A stretch of 64,000 nucleotides of DNA from Eledone cirrhosa (taxonomy: Eukaryota): contig OZ024742.1 in assembly GCA_964016885.1 (NCBI GenBank), forward strand, positions 283,898,001-283,962,000. Reading direction: 5' to 3'. Below, in pieces: positions 12,700 through 24,620 of this stretch (positions within the stretch are counted from its first letter, which is position 1; the number at the start of each line of letters is the position of its first letter). Position numbers and translations under genes: made by a program. Below the pieces are notes generated by a model. The model was given only the letters and a program-made list of their open reading frames with translations. It had not been told where the DNA came from and made no database searches.

Positions 12700-13110
12700 T
12701 GTAGCGAGATCTGTCCACGCCTTGAACCTTGGGTGACACCTAAAGATCAAATTCTAGGTCACCACCCTTTTGGTGTGAACTGGTTGATGCGTTGGCTATC
12801 CTCTCAAGGTGGGAGACAGGAAGCGACAGGTATATAAAGCCTTTATCATCCCACGTTTACACAGAGAGACATCGGAACACCCCACTACAGAACAAGCTAT
12901 GTGAAAGATTCACCACTATCAACAGACCCCAGTGGTCTACAGAAAGACATATAGATCGGAGCTCTACGATACACAACAAACTATGTAAAGATTCACCGCT
13001 ATCAACAGACCCTAGAAGTGTACAGAGATACAGAGAGATCAGAGCCCTACTACTACAGACTATCTACAAGCCACAGTGGTCTACAATCAATTACAGACCA
13101 TTACTATCTC
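12700..13110 (+). repeat. LTR-like repeat with internal sub-repeats
   Basis: Starts TGTAG after (TA)n, has TATATAAAG at ~12831 and repeated CAGTGGTCTACA / CTATGTGAAAGATTC units. Homologous to 9931-10138. Confidence 0.55.
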
Positions 13111-13364
13111 TCACTCACTATGGTCTCAGACTCACGACGAAAACTAATATGACGACTCCAACAAACTTTAACCACCAACAAACGTTATCTCGTCGCTCGC
13201 TGTTTTCAAAATAACTCCTGGTAACTGTTTTATTATACTTTTTAATTTGAGGTGAAGTAAATCATATATAAACTAAAAACATTTATTCTTATTATTCATG
13301 TTACCTCATCTAAAAATCATGTTAATCCCATCTAACAATAACTACTTCTTAATTAATTTATACC

Positions 13365-13755
13365 TGTAGCAAGAGTTGCCTCCCTTGTTATGACGATCAC
13401 ATCACCAGTAGCGCTCTCTAGACAGGAAGTAGCTGGAGTTACTTCCCATTGAGGTGGCAGAACCTTCTTTGTCACTTCCGTCCGGGGAGCTATAAAGGAG
13501 ATAGCTGAAAGCTATCTCCCTCTCTTTTAACCTGCCTGGCCCTTCGGCCAGGTGCGTTCCGCCGACGGTATACTCTTTGGCAACCTGAAAATGGTAATGT
13601 AAAGACCTCTTGGTCTCTTGCGGGCTGACTTCAAAACGGTAAACAACTAACTTTAATTCATCCTTTCATCTCCCTTGGCATGTCAACTATTCTGCTCTAC
13701 ATAGCTCAACCTTGTTAAATAAACATTGTACATACAACTCAGTCACCCTGTTATA
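13365..13755 (+). mobile_element. Solo LTR (Gypsy-like) with 4-bp TSD
   Basis: Termini TGTAGCA...TGTTATA, TACC on both sides (13361-13364 and 13756-13759), CTATAAA at ~13490 and AATAAA at ~13718. Confidence 0.7.
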
Positions 13756-14666
13756 TACCCTTCGTTAAATATATATATATATTCACAGACACACACACAG
13801 CCACATACGCATATACACACATGTCCACACACACATACATATATATATATGTAAAACTATATATACACACACATGTATATATAAAAAAATATACATATAT
13901 ATATACACGCACACACATATATACATGCACCTACATATATGTGTGTACACATACATGCGCTTTTACACACCCTCCAACCGTCATAGATACACTAATATAG
14001 ATACACCCTTACACATACACATGTGTGTATAGACATACACGTACACACAGATATACACACACACTTAAAAACATGCCCCTATAAACTTAAAGGTAAATAC
14101 AGTAAAAGTGAGTGCAAAAACAATAAAAATTATGAAGATGTTATTACGGTGAGGTAGTATCACAAGACAGACATATGTCTGTCCACCAGTAGAAGTACGC
14201 ATATAAAGATAAAAATAATAATAATAACATAAAAATCGCACATGCAGATGCACAAGGTACGTGTGAGTGAGTACAGCCTCGCGTTATATGTGAAATAAGT
14301 AGGATTAGAACAGATACAATAACGTTGGTTCAATTAGAGAGGTGACAGGCTTCAAGAAATATATTATTATACAATCAGTATATATATATATAGTCTAGAA
14401 ATAGCCGTCGAAACGGCTTGAGCTCTGCCGTCGAGGTCCTACTTTTTCCTATATATATATAATATATAAGTAAGTATGTTTTGAAACAGTGAGCAAGTTT
14501 GAAATTAGAAATAGAAGCTTTCACCGTATTTTTTGACTAAAGAAATGTTAGCCTGATAATGGGGTTTAGAACCCTCAGAGAAATGGAAAAAGATGAGTAT
14601 TGACGTACAAGGGAGTCGAACCCACATCTTTGGTTATCCAGACCATACATATATATATATATATAT

Positions 14667-15600
14667 CTTGGAGAAAACCACGTGTCTGTGGCGAAATTTA
14701 AAGCTACAACATGCCTGCTCAGGCTAAGAACGAAAGACTTGCTGAAGAAGGAAATCCAATGTTCTGTCGTCAAAAACCTTTATATTGCAGACTCCTGCAA
14801 TCGGAATTTGTCGATCTTGAATTTTCAGAAACTTAGCGCTGATGTTGGGTGGTGTATGTGATGTATATTGTGTGATATACGATGTACATCATATATTTTG
14901 CATTCAGCCTCACCGCTTTGTCCAGGTCAGTCTAAAATCTTTTCCTGGGTCCTGTATTTTCGTTGCTCTAGTGATGCGGCTGGACTGCCGACCGCTATAT
15001 CTGATTTGCTAAGATGTCTGAACATATTGTTATTACTCTGGGGTTCTTTTCCCCATCTGAGTGCTAAAGCTACAGACCGCTACTTCGTTAATGCTGTACT
15101 AAATTTTAGTACAGCATTAACGAAGCTTTAGAACACGGCCAAGCTAACGAATGCAGAATCGGTCTGTAGCTTTAGCACTCAGATGGGGAAAAGAACCCCA
15201 GAGTAATAACAATATGTTCAGACATCTTAGCAAATCAGATATAGCGGTCGGCAGTCCAGCCGCATCACTAGAGCAACGAAAATACAGGACCCAGGAAAAG
15301 ATTTTATACTGACCTGGACAGAGGTTGAATGCAAAATATATAATGTACATCGTATATCACACAATATACATCACATACAGCACCCAACATCACCGCTAAG
15401 TTTCTGAAAATCCAAGATCGACAAGTTCCGATTGCAGGAGTCTGCAATATATTGACGACAGAACATAGGATTTCCTTCTTCAGCAAGTCTTTCGTTCTTA
15501 GCCTGAGCGGGCATGTTGTAGCTTTAAATTTCGCCACAGACACGTGGTTTTCTCCAAGGGAGGTAACCCCCGCTTAGGCGGGTGAATTCTAATTTGAGAT
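14667..15600. repeat. Tail-to-tail inverted dimer of an unclassified repeat (also at 48770-49282)
   Basis: 14667-15079 is the reverse complement of 15160-15558. The centre is the palindrome CTTCGTTAATGCTGTACTAAA-TTTTAGTACAGCATTAACGAAG. Confidence 0.85.
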
Positions 15601-16037
15601 ATATATATATATAAATATAAATATAAATTCAGCGAGAATCGTATTTCGACTGGTAGAAAAAGCGAAACGAAACGCAAAATCGTAGATATGCTGGCAAGCG
15701 CTCCAATAGTTAAGAAAACTAGAGCTAAGCAATATGTTAAAACGCCATACAAACTGAAAAAGTGGTCGAGAAGTCATTAACCACCTAAGCCAAAAAACAA
15801 ATCAAGCTAAACAGGTGAAACAAAATAAATGATAAAAACAGACCTGTTATATATATATACATAAACATTGTTTACGTCAGAAATGCAAACCGGATCCATA
15901 TCGTAATTCCTAAACAATCACAAACAAACGAAAAGCTACAAACGACAGCGTGAGTAATTTCTAGAAATTATGATATGGATCCGGCTTGCAATGTTTACAG
16001 AAAGAAAAGAAATTAAGCGATTGGTTACAAAGAATAA

Positions 16038-16200
<163 letters not shown>

Positions 16201-16506
16201 ATACACGCTCGCACACACTCACACACATGTCTAGCATCAGGTGCTGCTATTAAATTAGACATGGTCTGGGCCAATACTGCTGGCTTATAATATCTGTATA
16301 TATGTCTGGCTGTCTGCATTACGACATTATGTCGTTGTGTGTGTGTGTGTATATATGTATATATAGTGTCTGTATATATATATAACGTGTAACGTTTTTT
16401 GAAACATTTACTTCTGCGTTCACAGATCGATATTTTTAGTTTCAGAAGATCCCGTTAAAGGTGAAAGCAGCGATTCTTTGCTTAAACTTTAATCTGTTAT
16501 TTTAAT

Positions 16507-16602
16507 TTATATATTTGATATATATTTATCCTTATCGAGTCTCGAGAAATAAATACGTTTGTTTATATTTTGTTATTGTCTATGCAAAAATATCTGTACA
16601 CG

Positions 16603-16691
<89 letters not shown>

Positions 16692-16786
16692 GTGTACAGA
16701 TATTTTTGCATAGACAATAACAAAATATAAACAAACGTATTTATTTCACGAGACTCGATAAGGATAAATATATATCAAATATATAA
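16507..16786. repeat. Fold-back with ~100-bp arms around a (TA)n core
   Basis: TTGATATATATTTATCCTTATCGAGTCTCG...TACACGAA, then (TA)n, then the reverse complement. Confidence 0.9.
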
Positions 16787-16802
16787 GAACCCTAAAGCAA
16801 AT

Positions 16803-16830
16803 CCCGAGCAACGCCGGGCCATTCTGCTAG
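16803..16830 (+). mobile_element. Helitron-like 3' terminus
   Basis: Hairpin CCCGAGCAACGCCGGG followed by CTAG, same pattern as 7305-7333. Confidence 0.55.
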
Positions 16831-18263
16831 GATTAGCTAAAATGTCATGTTCGTGCCAACTACGAATGAGAAAAAAATCAAGGGATGGCAATTCTCAAAA
16901 CCGAAATGCAGCCGTGTTTGCCTGCACTCCTGTTTGCCTGCACTGTGTTTGCCTGCACTCCTGCACAACCATATAGTAGTATGGACCCCGGACTATGAGC
17001 ACGCATATCTCGTTAGCGTGTACACATGCGGAGACGCAGACAAATGTACCGTGCATGGGACGCTGTGTCCGAAAATACCTATAATTCGTATATGTATGTG
17101 AGCTTATGGTGCCAGTGCGGGATTGCAGGATGACCAGTATAGAAATTCCATATGCCCTTCCACGAGCAGACGCATATAGTATTGTATGCCCGTCTGGCTT
17201 CGTGTACCTTCTGCGTGTACCTTCTGCGTGTACCTTCAGGGGTGATGCATGGCTGTATATATATTTACATTTATGTATGTGTGGATGTGCGTATGTCCCT
17301 GGGTGCGTGTGTACACATGTATATTTATTTTCCTTTTTATATTCTTTCACACAATATGCACTGAACAGGTATCTTGCATCTACCTACAGTGTTTTAGCAA
17401 CCTCTCCAAACAATCTTTTTATAAAAATTTTCTTTATAGTCTTTCTTATAGTCTTTTCAAACACTAACCTCATACTATCATTCTTCAATTCTTTAATTCT
17501 TTATATATATTTTCAAACACTAACCTCATACCATTCTCATCACCTCATTAATTCTTTATAGCGCAAATCCCCTTTAACGATGTCTAACCAGTTTACAAAT
17601 AAGCCCCACCCTAACACAGTATAACCTACCTCCCTTATGACAAACTGATGACCAGCAGAAACCCCCTACCCCTAATACAACACCGCATTCTTTCATGTCC
17701 TATTACGCACAGCCCTACCACATCCATACCACTCACAGCACCTCCGCCTCACCATGTACACGCCGACATGTCTATGACAAGCCAAAACACCACACTCCAC
17801 AACTCACATCAACCATCGCTCCCCCTACCTCGTCACTATGCTCACCCCCCCCCACTTATCATACATGCCAAAACATTCCTCATAGCTAAACCACCAATAA
17901 AAACAACATAAACTGACCACCATATGAACGCGAAACGTTATAGACATTTCTATGCTTTATATGTTCATACTGTCCGACGAGCTTTTGATTCCAGAGTCGG
18001 GCCAGATCGAACCTTGAGCTGACCAATAGCGTCACCAATCAATAAACGTAGTGAAGGCTTAACAAATCGTCCTTGCATTACACTCTGTTTAGTTCTACTA
18101 CTAAGTCCAATATGTCTACATAGACTAATGTTTTAACCTGATAATAAAAGAAGATTAATGATATATTTGCAACACTTGTAGAAATCAAATTAAAAAAAAT
18201 TGCTTCCTAACTTATGCCCCACCCTGTATATACACAAAACACGCACACGCACGCACACACACA

Positions 18264-18343
<80 letters not shown>

Positions 18344-18389
18344 CATACACACACATACACACACTTAATAATAGCTTCAACAAGTCTTG

Positions 18390-20430
18390 GGACAAATCCT
18401 ACACCATGATATCACGATCATCCTGACGGACGCCAACGCTACCATACCATCTCTTCTTCCGCCAGGCTCCCTCCAATCGATCCATTGTAGACTCAGCCCA
18501 TTGATACAACCTTTGCCGACCTATCCACGAATGACAACAATGAGTGCCTGCTGCTCCTCTGCCATTACAACAATCTGTGTATCACCGACATCTGGTTACT
18601 CAGCAAACTCATCCATCACTGGACCTGGTACAGTCCGAACGGTTACACCCTGCAGGCAATCGACCTTATCATCATCTCTTGCCGCTGGAGGTCGTATGTC
18701 ACCAACTGACGGGTCTACAGAGGAGCTCAACTGATCATGGGTTGCTGGTTTCAACACTGAGGCTGAGGTTGCAGGCGACCCTGCCACCAAGTACCCGCCC
18801 CGCTTTGATTCGTCCTGTCTCCGCGATCCCAACATCACCTCTACATTTGCGTGCTCCATCGCCAATCGCTTCAGCGTCCTGGACCGAATACGAGACCAAC
18901 AACTGGGAGATCTTTAAATCAAATGTCAACCAGTCTGCGTGCGACGTCCTAGTAAACCCAAGACCTCTTCCCAAATGTCCCTGGATTTCACCGCGGACGC
19001 TGAAGATAATTAACTGTCGCCGCAAGGCTCGCCTGCGCAGTGACATCAATGAATACCGCCGGTTCAACCGAATACGCAACAAGGCCATCATGGATGACTG
19101 GGAGAAGTTTTGGGTGGAAGAAGCCAAGTGTCTGGAGACAGCGGCAAGGAACACCCTCATCCAGGTATTCAACACACTCCACAGAGCTCGCGCTGGTCCC
19201 CGGATAAAGAAAGCCATGGTGAAGGCTACCAATGGCAACGTCATCACTACTTAAACCAACTGCCTCGAACGCTGGATGAAGCACTTCAGCCTTCTTCTAC
19301 ATCACCCATCCGTCACAATCGATCCCTGTCTAACCATCACCGCAGACTCGGCCGCAGCCAACGACTCCTGCAGATTCGATCCTGTCACTCCCCATGAAGT
19401 TAAAACCGCCCTGAAGAAGTTCAAAAACCACAAAGCCCCTAGAATTTGCACTATCACCGCAGAAATGATGAAGGCAGGTGGAGATAACATGATCCAGTAG
19501 CTCACCCCGTATCATCAGCCATGTATGGATGTCAGAGTGGCTCCCAAATGATTGGACCCGAGGCATTATCTTACCCTTCTGGAAACAGCAGGGTGTCAAA
19601 CTCATCTGCAGCAACCACAAGGTCATCACACTTCTCTCGATCTCAAACAAGATCTTCACCAAGATCCTTCTTAACCATACTCTTCCCGCCATTAAAAGCG
19701 GACATCTCCCACAACAAACCGGATTCATGCCTAATCAATCCACCACCGACCACATTTCTGCCCTCCACCTCATTATTGAAAGATGTGGGGAGTTCCTCAG
19801 AGATCGACACCTCTACGTCACCTTCGTCGACCTCAAGGCGGCTTTCAACACGGTCAACCATGCATCCCTCTGGGAAATTCTCCAGCTTGTCGGCATGCCT
19901 CTCAAGATCACCACCCTGTTCCAACGGCTCTATAGCAGTGCCGAGAACTGCGTACGGGTGAATGGTAAGGACTCTGACTGATTCCCCATCAACAGCGGAA
20001 CCAGACAGGATTGCGTGGTTGCCTCGACCTCTTCAACTGTGTCATCGACTATCTGATGACCAAGGTATGTGAGCGAGTTTCTAGTGTTACTACTGACTTG
20101 GAGTATATGGACACCACCACCACCTATTCAGCAACTCATTAGTCACTCCACAGACGCACTGACCGGGAGGAATCAGCAAACCTTGGCCTTTATGCGAGCT
20201 GGGTGAAGACAAAGCTGATGCATATCGGCAATGGCTCGGATTCTCCTCCGCTTCATACTGGCCCCTACGACGTGGAATTTGTCAGCTCCATTGTATGTGT
20301 GTATATATATACACATATATATACACACATACAATGGAGACCTGACCGCGAGGTTCAACTGCAGATGTGGCCTGGCTGCCGGGGTCCAGCACTCCCAATG
20401 GGAGCCCCTTTGGCACCATTGCTCAATCTT
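18390..20430 (+). mobile_element. Degenerate RTE-clade LINE (APE + RT remnants)
   Basis: WTWYSPNG...IDL...RVYRGA..DH (APE) and KAPRICTITAEMMKAGG, ITLLSISNKIF, QTGFMP, FVDLKAAF (RT). Multiple stops and frameshifts. Confidence 0.85.
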
Positions 20431-20850
20431 TTAGAAGACAAAGCTCGGTTCAGTCCTGGTGCGCGAGGCCTGTAATCCGTGATGTAAAAGGACACCCAGG
20501 ACTGAGACATGTAGGGATGAGTGGCCTGGGGAACGGAAATGACGGGTGACGGGTGTATCCATACCGAGTCGTATGTCCCTCAAATATTCAGCAAAAGGGT
20601 CCGCCAAACGGCGTCGCGTTTGTCCGATGTATAAGGAACCGCAAAGAGAACACCGGAGGACATAGACAACGTGGGTGGAAGTACAGGTGAAGGAGTGGCG
20701 GATACGGAATGAACCGTTGAGGTCTGAGAGAATGGTGAAGTTGGAAATGATAGGACAAGTGTTACAGCGGGGATAGGAACACGGATGAGAGCCGGGTGGA
20801 GTCGTAGGAGAGGACCAGGAGGTCGCGGAGGTTACGGGCGCGCTTAAATG
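20431..20850 (-). mobile_element. Penelope-like element, GIY-YIG endonuclease fragment
   Basis: PCSYPRCNTC...FTCTSTHVVYVLRCSLCGSLYIGQTRRRL...PVTRHF. Confidence 0.85.
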
Positions 20851-20935
20851 CGGAGATAGATACATATACATATGTACGTATGGGTTATTGAACATCAATA
20901 ATAATGTTCGATTCGTTTGTATGTATGTATGTATG

Positions 20936-22109
20936 TTTTCTCTTTCTCTTAATTTCGAGTATATTTTTTTGACCGGCCACCTTCCTGGTGGCAAGGTTGT
21001 AAAAGAAAAGAAATTGTCATCCCTTGAATCGCAAGAATGTTTTGCATATTTTGAAGGTGCCAGCTATCGCAGCCATTTGTAGACTATGAATTAGGGAGCT
21101 GCGCTTTTTGTCCGCAAATCCAAGTTCAGTCATACTTTGGTCCAAGCGGGTTGGTATATAACCCGTAGCACCAATAATGATGGGTATGAAGCTAAAGGTG
21201 TATCCTGGATACTGGATTTGTAAGCTCCTCATCAATGTTCCGTAGATGTCCTCCTTCTCCTGTATTTTTCTGACAACGTTTACATCAAGTGGGCAGCTGA
21301 TCTCCACAACAGAACACGTTTTCAATGTGTGGTCCCAAACTACAATATCAGGCCGGTTGTGCTTTAATTTGGTGGCAGTTTTTATTTTCAGGTTCCACCA
21401 GTATTCCTTAGTGCCATCTGTCTCAATATATTCTTCCTCGTTTGTTGTTAATTTTGTTTTCCGAAGTGCGTTCCAGATAGTTCTAGCTATCCCATCGTGT
21501 CTCATGGGGAGGTAGTAGCGAGATGACATTCTTTCGCAGCTGGCAACAATGTGGCTTACATCCTCGATCTTTGTTTTACATAGCCTACATTTATTGTCAG
21601 CTGCTGGCCCTCCTCTTTTGTGCAGCAGATATTTGGTAGGGAGTTCTTGTTCCTGTATTGCATAGAGATATCCCTCAAGGTGTGATGTCATAAACTTGTC
21701 GGAACTCCATGCCAGGCTTTTTGAGTGGTTTATCCCCTCTATGGTCTGTGTTTTACGCCTCAAGTATCCATGCACAACTTTCTCTGTAAATTGGTCAATT
21801 TTTTTTTCTTGTTTGAACATTGAATAGGATCTTCCGATTTCTCTGGGTGAGAGATTTATATCAGGCTTTATTCCATATCTCTCCTCCAGATCAGTCGCTA
21901 TTCTAATGATATTTCTTTTTTCATGCTCATAAACCTGAGCAAGATGGTCGCCAACCTTTTTCCTCTGATGAAGGTGTTGCTTCAGTGTTACTATCCGGGT
22001 CTCATATGTTGTTAATATTGATTTTAGACCCCGGCCACCTTCCTTGCGTGAGAAGTATAGCCTATCCACATCACCATTGATGTTAAAGTTCCCAGTAACA
22101 CTGAGAAGT
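20936..22109 (-). mobile_element. 5'-truncated R4/Dong-like non-LTR retrotransposon (CCHC knuckle + restriction-like endonuclease), copy 1
   Basis: Open 350-aa frame: RLYFSRKEGGRGL, CRLC-x8-H-x4-C, RHD, RPDIVVWD...VEISCP. (TATG)n on both sides. Confidence 0.85.
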
Positions 22110-22245
22110 TATGTATGTATGTATGTATGTATGTATGTATGCATGTATGTATGTATGTATGTATGTATGTATGTATGTATGAGTGTAAATATTTCTTGGA
22201 AATTGGTAATGACACATATGTCGCATATTCTCTCTCGCGCCCCCC

Positions 22246-22285
<40 letters not shown>

Positions 22286-22293
<8 letters not shown>

Positions 22294-22546
22294 AAAGTTT
22301 GTCCTTCATCAGTGATCTTCCAACTATCATAGGCATTTCATCGCTTTAAAGATGCGTAAATAAAGATACGTAAATAAAGATACGTAAATAAAGACACGTA
22401 AATAAAGGGGACGCGAGGGTTATTTACGTGTCCCAACGACTTTTTTTAGCCGTTGCTCGCACCAACCGGAGGTATATGGTCTTTAAAGCGATGAAATGCC
22501 TATGATAGTTGGAAGATCACTGATGAAGGACAAACTTTTTTCATAT
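22286..22546. repeat. ~66-bp inverted repeat enclosing 4x GA(T/C)(A/G)CGTAAATAAA; related copy at 49345-49500
   Basis: Arms at 22286-22351 and 22480-22546, flanked by (TA)n. Confidence 0.85.
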
Positions 22547-22579
22547 GTAACCCATTTGCAACTCCGCAGCGCCCTTATT

Positions 22580-22619
<40 letters not shown>

Positions 22620-22675
22620 TGTGTGTGTGTATGTATGTATATGTATGTATGTATGTATGTATGTATATATATACA

Positions 22676-22934
<259 letters not shown>

Positions 22935-23138
22935 TGCGTCTTATATATTACAAAATTCCAAGAAATTCATACATACACACTTATCCATTATGTTAGTATG
23001 TTCGTGTGCTAGTGTGACTGTGTGTTAATTGAGAATAAATTCGTTTTAAAAACATCAGTCAGCAGCAAGCTGTAAACAGCTGACGACTGCCTATAAACAC
23101 AACACACGACAGCGCGTAAACACAAGACAACAGAAAAA

Positions 23139-23219
23139 ATGTTGTCACAAATACAGACCATCTTGGACGATTTCAAAGCCACCCTAAACCAAAATGGATA
23201 CGAAGCATACCCATTCATA
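23139..23219 (+). CDS. MMACHC: MMACHC/CblC-like cobalamin-processing enzyme, coding exon 1 (MLSQIQTILDDFKATLNQNGYEAYPFI)
   Basis: From ATG to a GTAAGT donor, 81 nt, phase 0. Resembles the human N-terminus (GFEVYPFQ), recalled from memory. Confidence 0.8.
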
Positions 23220-23241
23220 GTAAGTAATTATTATTATTATT

Positions 23242-23730
23242 AGAGACTGTGTGGTGGACAAGGTTGAAAGGGTTAAAGACAGACACTTTCCTCTTCGGTG
23301 AATCCCGAATTAACTTTTTCAAGTTTCACTTGAAGAGGAAAATCAGGGTGGCAAGGCAAGTGCTGTCTTCTAGCAAGTTTGTTGAAAGGTGGGTGAATGT
23401 AGCGAGAATGGTCCGAGTGAACGGGACTGCTCTGAATATACGCTTGTAGTTTGAGGAATGGGAAAAAATTGAGAGAGGGCGCTTGCCCTGGTGGTCAGGG
23501 TGGCCGTGGTCTTTTGTGTGGTTTTCGCTACGAGTAACCCTCGGGGGTTTACCCCCTATTAGGGAATTTTTCATTGTTTGAATTTTCATTTTTATTGTTT
23601 ATATATATATGTTTCTATATCTTTTTTCTTTTTCGTTTCTTATATAAATAATAAAAAATCTTTACACGCACAAAACCCACGTCGTGCCGTCCTGTGCCGT
23701 CTGTAATGTTTTTCTTGATGTCAGCCCTTG
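23242..23730 (+). mobile_element. 5'-truncated Tx1 3' fragment (subfamily B) starting directly after (TTA)5
   Basis: WWTRLKGLKT...RL* plus a 3' UTR matching the reverse complement of 58380-58865. Confidence 0.85.
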
Positions 23731-24406
23731 GGGCCCCGGGAATGTCAGAGATGCGCGCAGGGCGACGAAACCGTCCTGCACGCACTCGTCCAGTGTCCGA
23801 GCATTGCTGACTTGTGGGTTTATGTCGAACACCTGCTGTCACGTGTAGGACGGATCCAGCTATCAGCTCAGTCCATCGTGAGGATTGCCCCGCCCTCTTC
23901 CTTTAGTCGGGAAGGGCAGGCAGTTTTTATCTGTCTGGTGGCCATGGCGAAAGAGATGGACACGTTTGAAAGGGATGAAGACGAGCACTTACCTCTTCGG
24001 TGATGCCCTGATTAACTTTTTCAAATTTCATTTGAAAAGGAAAATCAGGGTAGAGCGGGAAGTGCTCTCTTCCCAGCATTTTGTTGAAAGATGGGTGAGA
24101 GAAGCAAGAATGACCCGAGTGAATGGGCCTACTCTGAGTATGTGTATGTAAATTAAAGGTGGAAAACTGGGTGGTCAGAGTCACTGTGGCCTTTTAATGG
24201 GCTTTCTCCACAAATGTCCCTCGGAAGTTTCCCCCTATTGGGGAATTTTTCATTGTTTATTTTTTTGTTACATACTCTGTTTTTTTTTTTTTACACGCAG
24301 ACATGCCCATTTGTACCGTCCTGTATTGTCCTGTACTGTCCTTAATGTCTACTTTATGTAAACCCTTGTGGTTAATAACGAAAGCATTATTATTATTATT
24401 ATTATT
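23731..24406 (+). mobile_element. Tx1 3' fragment (subfamily A) with (TTA)n tail
   Basis: CQRCAQGDETVLHALVQC zinc finger plus a 3' UTR matching 29760-30464, with small deletions. Confidence 0.9.
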
Positions 24407-24620
24407 GAATGCCATGGTTGACGGAGGCTCGGCTCTGTAAGGTATAGTAATTTTTAACCGTTAAAACAATTGTAAATTGTTTAAAACTTGAACCAAATTG
24501 TTGATAAAGACACCCTCCTCCTCGTGAGAGGGGTCTTTCTGTCCGTTATTTGGCCCTTCGGGGTTAAATAACCAGTTATTGGGGTTTTGTACCCAATATT
24601 CATTTTAAACAAAAAACAAC

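Noticed and set aside
22490-22570. CTGATGA with an upstream GAAA as a hammerhead (also 49381-49440, minus)
   Set aside because: No GAAA after a stem II, and no consistent stem III or cleavage triplet in either copy.
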